Assembly: GCA_041493865.1 (NCBI GenBank)
Contig: JBGPZS010000001.1
Location: 1-29,514 of the forward strand
Source of the DNA: Terriglobia bacterium
GTDB taxonomy: Bacteria; Acidobacteriota; Terriglobia; Terriglobales; Acidobacteriaceae
Direction of reading: 5' to 3'
Length of the DNA stretch: 29,514 nucleotides
The position numbers and the translations under genes were made by a program. Positions 25,240 through 29,514 of this stretch are shown in pieces (the first letter of the stretch is position 1; the number at the start of each line of letters is the position of its first letter). The notes under the pieces were generated by a model that worked only from the letters and a program-made list of their open reading frames with translations, did no database searches and was not told the DNA's origin.

Positions 25240-26055
25240 TTACGCCTTCAGCGCAAAAGGGCGTATCGGCGATCCGGTTGCGCCGCGAATCTTCAAGGGC
25301 GAGGCGACGAACACGAATTCGTAAACGCGGCCGGCCGCCAGCTGTTCCAGGTTAAGACATTCGATGATGTGAATCCCGCTCTCCACCAGCAGATGCACAT
25401 GCGCGGGCATGGTCCGCGAAGGCGCCAGCTCAAAATTGATGGTGTCCGCGCCGGCGGCAAAGACCCCTTTGCCGCTCAGCCAGCGCGCTCCCTGCTCGGC
25501 GGGACCGGGGCCGTGCATCTGCGACTCAAACCGCGCTGCGTCTTCAAAGAATGCACCCCACCCAGTCCGCAACAGGACGACATCGCCGGGCTTGATTTCG
25601 ACGGCTTGGGCGTGCGCGGCGGTCTCCATGTGTTCGGGCGCGATCTCAAATTCTGCGGGCAGGCTCGCGACATTCAGTTGTCCAGCAATATCCAGCAGCA
25701 CGCCTCGCCGCACCATGGGCGAGAGCGTGTCGACCGAAAGCTGGGTCATTCCTCCGCTGTATGACTGTGCAGTCTCTACCTCATGCCCGCCATGCAGCTT
25801 GCCGCCGCAGGAGAAGTGGCACAAGGCGTCAATGTGCGTCCCGAGATGTCCGCCCAGCGCCAGTCCCTCGGAAGCGGAGCTGCCGCCGTTCGGCATAACG
25901 TAATCCCCGTGCATCTTGGTCAGGCTGAACAAAAACGGCGGATGGACCGGGTGATGCGGCATGCCAACAAAATACGGCTGTGCCAGGTCATAAACCTTCG
26001 CGCTGTTGAGCAGTGCCAGCAGTGACTGAGTTTTTGTTCCCATAGCATCCGCCAT
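25240..26055 (-). CDS. Cyclase-family metal-dependent hydrolase (second, divergent copy)
   Basis: VYDLAQPY, GGHLGTHIDALCH, RRGVLLDI, VLLRTGW, GADT..FE, H..LLVESGIHIIE, PLKIRGATGSPIRP. Confidence 0.88.
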   Translation of the reverse strand: MADAMGTKTQSLLALLNSAKVYDLAQPYFVGMPHHPVHPPFLFSLTKMHGDYVMPNGGSSASEGLALGGHLGTHIDALCHFSCGGKLHGGHEVETAQSYSGGMTQLSVDTLSPMVRRGVLLDIAGQLNVASLPAEFEIAPEHMETAAHAQAVEIKPGDVVLLRTGWGAFFEDAARFESQMHGPGPAEQGARWLSGKGVFAAGADTINFELAPSRTMPAHVHLLVESGIHIIECLNLEQLAAGRVYEFVFVASPLKIRGATGSPIRPFALKA

Positions 26056-26087
26056 TGTTTCTAAGCAAGCCTTCCAAGCAACGGCTT

Positions 26088-27005
26088 CTACAGCAAGCCT
26101 GTCTTCTTCGCTATTGCCAGCTTCTTGCGCTCGATGGGCAGGCTCGCGGCGTCCACCATCTCATCTTTGTAGACCACCACGCCCAGTCCGGAGTCAGCGT
26201 CAGCTTTCTCGTAAAGCTCAATGATCTCCCGCGCGCGCGTGATTTCTTCCAGCGAAGGTGTGAAGATACGGTTGATCGCTGGAACCTGCCCGGGATGGAT
26301 GGCCCATTTGCCGTCAAAGCCCATCTGCGCGGCACAGCGCGCATCATGTTCGCATTGCTGCAAGTCGCGGAATTGCAGTGTGACGCCATCTACCACGTCA
26401 ATGCCGGCGGCCCGCGCGGCGGCCACTACCTTGGCTTTGGGATAGTGATAGAGCGCAAACTGCTCGCGCACCGGGTCGCGCGCTCCGATGTTGCCGGCAT
26501 AATCCACCACGCCAAAGATCAGCCCGGCCAGGCGCGGCGTGGAAGCAGCGATCTCTTCGGCGTGCAGCACGGCGTTGGCGCTCTCAATCAGCGCTTCCAG
26601 CCGGATTCGTCCCACCGGCAGGCCAACGTTCAGCTCAATCTGGGTAAGCAAGCGGTCGGCGAAAAGCACATCGGCCGCGTCCTGGACTTTGGGCAGCACC
26701 ACCACGTCAATCCTGCTGCCTGTAGCCTCCACCACCTCAATCACGTCGCGATAGAAAAACTTTGTGTGAATGCCGTTGGGCCGGAAGGCGCGGATCTTGC
26801 CGCGAAAATCAAGCGTGGTGAACGCTTCAATCAACGTATTTCGCGCGGGCACTTTTTGTGACGGGGCGCAGCCATCCTCCAGGTCAAAAACGACCTCGTC
26901 AGCCTCGCTGGCGGCGGCCTTGGCCATCATCTTGAGCGAATGCGCGGGACAGGCAAGCTCGCTGCGGCGCACCGTGATCGTCGCTTCATGCTGGGGAGCC
27001 GGCAT
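26088..27005 (-). CDS. citE: HpcH/HpaI aldolase/citrate lyase beta family acyl-CoA lyase (CitE/malyl-CoA/citramalyl-CoA lyase-like)
   Basis: RRSELACP, ADEVVFDLEDG, VVLPKV, ALIESA, LIFG..DY, GFDGKWAIHPGQV. AAGGAG SD. Confidence 0.88.
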   Translation of the reverse strand: MPAPQHEATITVRRSELACPAHSLKMMAKAAASEADEVVFDLEDGCAPSQKVPARNTLIEAFTTLDFRGKIRAFRPNGIHTKFFYRDVIEVVEATGSRIDVVVLPKVQDAADVLFADRLLTQIELNVGLPVGRIRLEALIESANAVLHAEEIAASTPRLAGLIFGVVDYAGNIGARDPVREQFALYHYPKAKVVAAARAAGIDVVDGVTLQFRDLQQCEHDARCAAQMGFDGKWAIHPGQVPAINRIFTPSLEEITRAREIIELYEKADADSGLGVVVYKDEMVDAASLPIERKKLAIAKKTGLL

Positions 27006-27044
27006 CAGACGCTCCTTCCTTCTCCATTGAGCCCGAGCAACAAA

Positions 27045-28454
27045 TTATTGCTCACCGAACGATTTGATGAATTCATAATAGAAATCCACGCCATCATAAA
27101 AATCTTTCACGCCGATGCGCTCGTCTTTGCCGTGAGCGCGCGTATCGTCCACATCTTCAAACACGCCGGGGACACCGTAGGCGGGAATGCCGGCGATGCG
27201 CAGGTATTTGCCGTCGCTGGCGCCTGTGTCCATCACCGGGACGATCGGCAGACCACCGTAAAATTTGCCGCTGAGCGTTTCCAACCTGCGTACGATCGCC
27301 GGATTGATCGCAGACGAGGGCGCGGGCACCGCCTCACCCACCACGCTCACCATGATTCGATCATCTGCCAGCACGCGCTTCAGCGTGTTCTGGACGTTCT
27401 GCAGCGAATCCTGTGGAAGCATGCGGCAGTTTACGATTGCTGCCGTGGTCTGCGGCAACGCGTTGTTGGCGTGCCCGCCCTCAAGGCGCGTGGCCACGCA
27501 CGTGGTGCGGAGAAGAGCGTTGAAGTAAGGTGACTCTGACAGTCGTTTGGCTGCTACTTCCGCTTTCGCGTGGTCAGTGCCAATCAGCGCACGAAAATCA
27601 GCCGCTGTCGCCGGAGATTCGAGAGCGGCGGTCCGTTCGAAGTATCCGCGCGTGGTTTCGTTCAGGCCCACGGGAAAATCAAACGCGGCCAGGCGCGACA
27701 GACCCTGGGAGAGATGGTAGATGGCGTTGTCTTTCACCGGTCGCGAGCTGTGCCCGCCGTTGCTCTTTACTTCCAGGCGGAAATCGACGTAATTCTTTTC
27801 GCTGGTCTGCATGCCCAGTAGAAGACGTTTGGCTTTCTTGGTTTCGAAGTTGCCGGCGTCAGTGTTGATGCAATATTCGGCATCGATCAGCTCGCGATGG
27901 TTCTTGATCAACCACTGTATACCGTTGGATTCGCCGCCCTCTTCGTCCGCTGTCAGGGCAAGGACCAGATCACGCGCGTGCGTCCAGCCTTCTTTCTTGA
28001 GGCGGAGAAAGTTGGCGACCAGCAGCGTGTCGCCCTGTTTGATGTCTGAGGTGCCACGGCCGTAAAAGAAGCCATTAACCTCATTGAACTTGAAGGGGTC
28101 CATGGACCAGTCCTGGCGCAGCGCTTCAACCACATCAAGGTGGCCGATGAACAGGATGGGTTTTTCCCTACCGCTTCCGCGCAGGCGGACGACGAGGTTT
28201 TTCTTGTTGGGCAGCGGCCCAAGCACATGGACATCTTCCGCAGCGAAGCCGGCGGCGCGAAAGCGCGCAGCCATGGCCTCCGCCGCGGTGGTCACGTTGC
28301 CGGCAGGAGTATCCGTGGTATTGATTTCAATGAGTTCTTTAAAAATGTCGCGGGCGGTCTGGTGTTCCGGAGAAAGGCTGCTTTGCTGGGCCCGGGCCCG
28401 CACGGCCGGCAGAAGCGCAAAAACGCATGTGAGCACAAAATTAATTGTTTTCAT
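27045..28454 (-). CDS. M20/M25/M40 family metallo-hydrolase, secreted
   Basis: Signal peptide, ELIEINT, FIGHLDVV, YGRGTSDIK, TADEEGG, GGHSS.P, GGHANNALP, HGKDERI. Confidence 0.92.
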   Translation of the reverse strand: MKTINFVLTCVFALLPAVRARAQQSSLSPEHQTARDIFKELIEINTTDTPAGNVTTAAEAMAARFRAAGFAAEDVHVLGPLPNKKNLVVRLRGSGREKPILFIGHLDVVEALRQDWSMDPFKFNEVNGFFYGRGTSDIKQGDTLLVANFLRLKKEGWTHARDLVLALTADEEGGESNGIQWLIKNHRELIDAEYCINTDAGNFETKKAKRLLLGMQTSEKNYVDFRLEVKSNGGHSSRPVKDNAIYHLSQGLSRLAAFDFPVGLNETTRGYFERTAALESPATAADFRALIGTDHAKAEVAAKRLSESPYFNALLRTTCVATRLEGGHANNALPQTTAAIVNCRMLPQDSLQNVQNTLKRVLADDRIMVSVVGEAVPAPSSAINPAIVRRLETLSGKFYGGLPIVPVMDTGASDGKYLRIAGIPAYGVPGVFEDVDDTRAHGKDERIGVKDFYDGVDFYYEFIKSFGEQ

Positions 28455-28525
28455 CGTGCGTGGATTATAAATTCTTAAACAGGAAACCAGCTCGCATTCA
28501 GCGGAATGTCCCTATAATTGAGGAT

Positions 28526-28780
28526 ATGGCAAGAGGATGGGAAAGCAAGTCGGTTGAGGCCCAAATGGAAACCGCGAATGACGGCCAGATGTCAGGACCA
28601 AAGCGCCCGCTTACTGACGACGAGAAGAAAACGCAGCACGAGCGAGATAGCCTAAAGCTTTCCCGCGCGTATGTCTTGCATCAGATCGAATCCTCCACCA
28701 ACGAACGATACACGGAATCGCTGCGCAAGGCCCTGGGCGAGATCGAACAAAAGCTCGCACAACTCGGAAATCCCTGCTAA
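28526..28780 (+). CDS. Small helical conserved hypothetical protein (MARGWESKSVE..., 84 aa)
   Basis: ATG 28526, 7 nt after TATAAT. The N-terminal MARGWESKSVE is a motif I associate with acidobacterial hypothetical proteins. The C-terminus is coiled-coil-like. Confidence 0.7.
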   Translation: MARGWESKSVEAQMETANDGQMSGPKRPLTDDEKKTQHERDSLKLSRAYVLHQIESSTNERYTESLRKALGEIEQKLAQLGNPC

Positions 28781-28850
28781 AGCGCCGCACGCGGCGAAGT
28801 CCGTCATGGCGGAAAGACACGCACACGGCCGTGATTGTGAAATCGGGTGC

Positions 28851-29000
28851 TCAGACGGTTGCTCTGCGCCCGGTGATCAGTTCAATGACCAGTACAATCA
28901 GCGCGATCACCAGGACTAAGTGAATAAGGCTGCCCGCAACATGAAATCCCCAGCCCAGCAACCAGAGCAATAGCAGAATCGCGAATACTGTCCAAAGCAT
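28851..29000 (-). CDS. lmo0937-family (DUF5670) small membrane protein, 49 aa (absent from the ORF track)
   Basis: GGAGAAG SD. MLWTVFAILLLLWLLGWGFHVAGSLIHLVLVIALIVLVIELITGRRATV*, which has the characteristic LW.LG....G.LIH.LLV.A.I..I...I.GRR pattern. Confidence 0.88.
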   Translation of the reverse strand: MLWTVFAILLLLWLLGWGFHVAGSLIHLVLVIALIVLVIELITGRRATV

Positions 29001-29221
29001 GCGCTTCTCCAGACCGGGAGTCCCCATCGCTTGATGGTTGGATGCACGAGTGCCGGAGTCGAGTTGACCTGCTGGATTCTGGATGCCAATGGCAAACCGC
29101 GCCAGCAGCTCTGCTCAGCAAGCAACAAGCTGAGCCGCTCACACCTCTAACCAATGTAGTTTGGGAATGCGGCGCGGCGCCTACGCGGCCGGCCTGGACC
29201 AGCGAGAGACTCTCGGGCGCA

Positions 29222-29514
29222 ATGAAAAATTTCCTTTGTTGGATCGGCACTTCGATCATGGTGGCGGTGTTAGTGGCGTCTACCTTGACGGCGGCAAGGC
29301 TACAGGCACAGGAAATTCAGACAACCACGCCTGCAAGTTCGTATGAGGGTCAGAAAGTCACGTCGGTGCAACTGGCAGGGCAGCCGGACGGCAATCTAAA
29401 GGAGCTACGTTCATTGATCGCCCATCTTATCAATACTGCGTATTCGCAGGCCAAGGTAGACCAGACCGCGGCGGCGCTCAAAAAGGCAGGACAGTTCGAA
29501 AATGTCGAGGTGCA
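29222..29514 (+). CDS. POTRA-domain outer-membrane assembly protein (BamA/TamA family), N-terminal fragment running off the right edge (absent from the ORF track)
   Basis: MKNFLCWIGTSIMVAVLVASTLTAARLQAQ signal, then YEGQKVTSVQLAG...YSQAKVD.....L...GQFENVEV, a POTRA-like pattern. Confidence 0.65.
   Translation, partial: MKNFLCWIGTSIMVAVLVASTLTAARLQAQEIQTTTPASSYEGQKVTSVQLAGQPDGNLKELRSLIAHLINTAYSQAKVDQTAAALKKAGQFENVEV

Overview
A 29.5-kb bacterial window, probably Acidobacteriota/Terriglobia. This is inferred from gene content and style: an acidobacterial-type ClpC N-domain, a BlaI/M56 pair, DUF2911, a MARGWESKSVE protein and short REP-like repeats. The first ~4.4 kb looks like the accessory tail of a nonribosomal peptide cluster whose core lies to the left of the window: the C-terminus of an Asp/Glu racemase, a type II thioesterase, a full-length HtpG/Hsp90 and an MbtH-like protein, all on +. 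Hsp90 sitting between TEII and MbtH is the most striking feature. The rest is higher-GC backbone or accessory DNA: an OB-fold lipoprotein; a split ThDP decarboxylase (ComD/ComE-like) followed by an isatin-hydrolase-like cyclase; a BlaI repressor with a tandem palindromic operator and a BlaR1/M56 protein carrying 11 unusual 34-35 aa 'SDYEKSR' repeats; trmJ; an SDR; a PuuD-like membrane protein; arsR-arsM with a visible operator; a secreted GH47; DUF2911-TPR; osmC; a half-length degenerate ClpC; a HAD phosphatase; an OM beta-barrel; a receiver-domain protein; an M20 peptidase / CitE / cyclase / acyl-CoA dehydrogenase / MaoC run; two small proteins; and the start of a POTRA (BamA/TamA) gene. I saw no rRNA, tRNA, CRISPR array or transposase. 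All family calls come from motif recognition by eye; no database searches were run.
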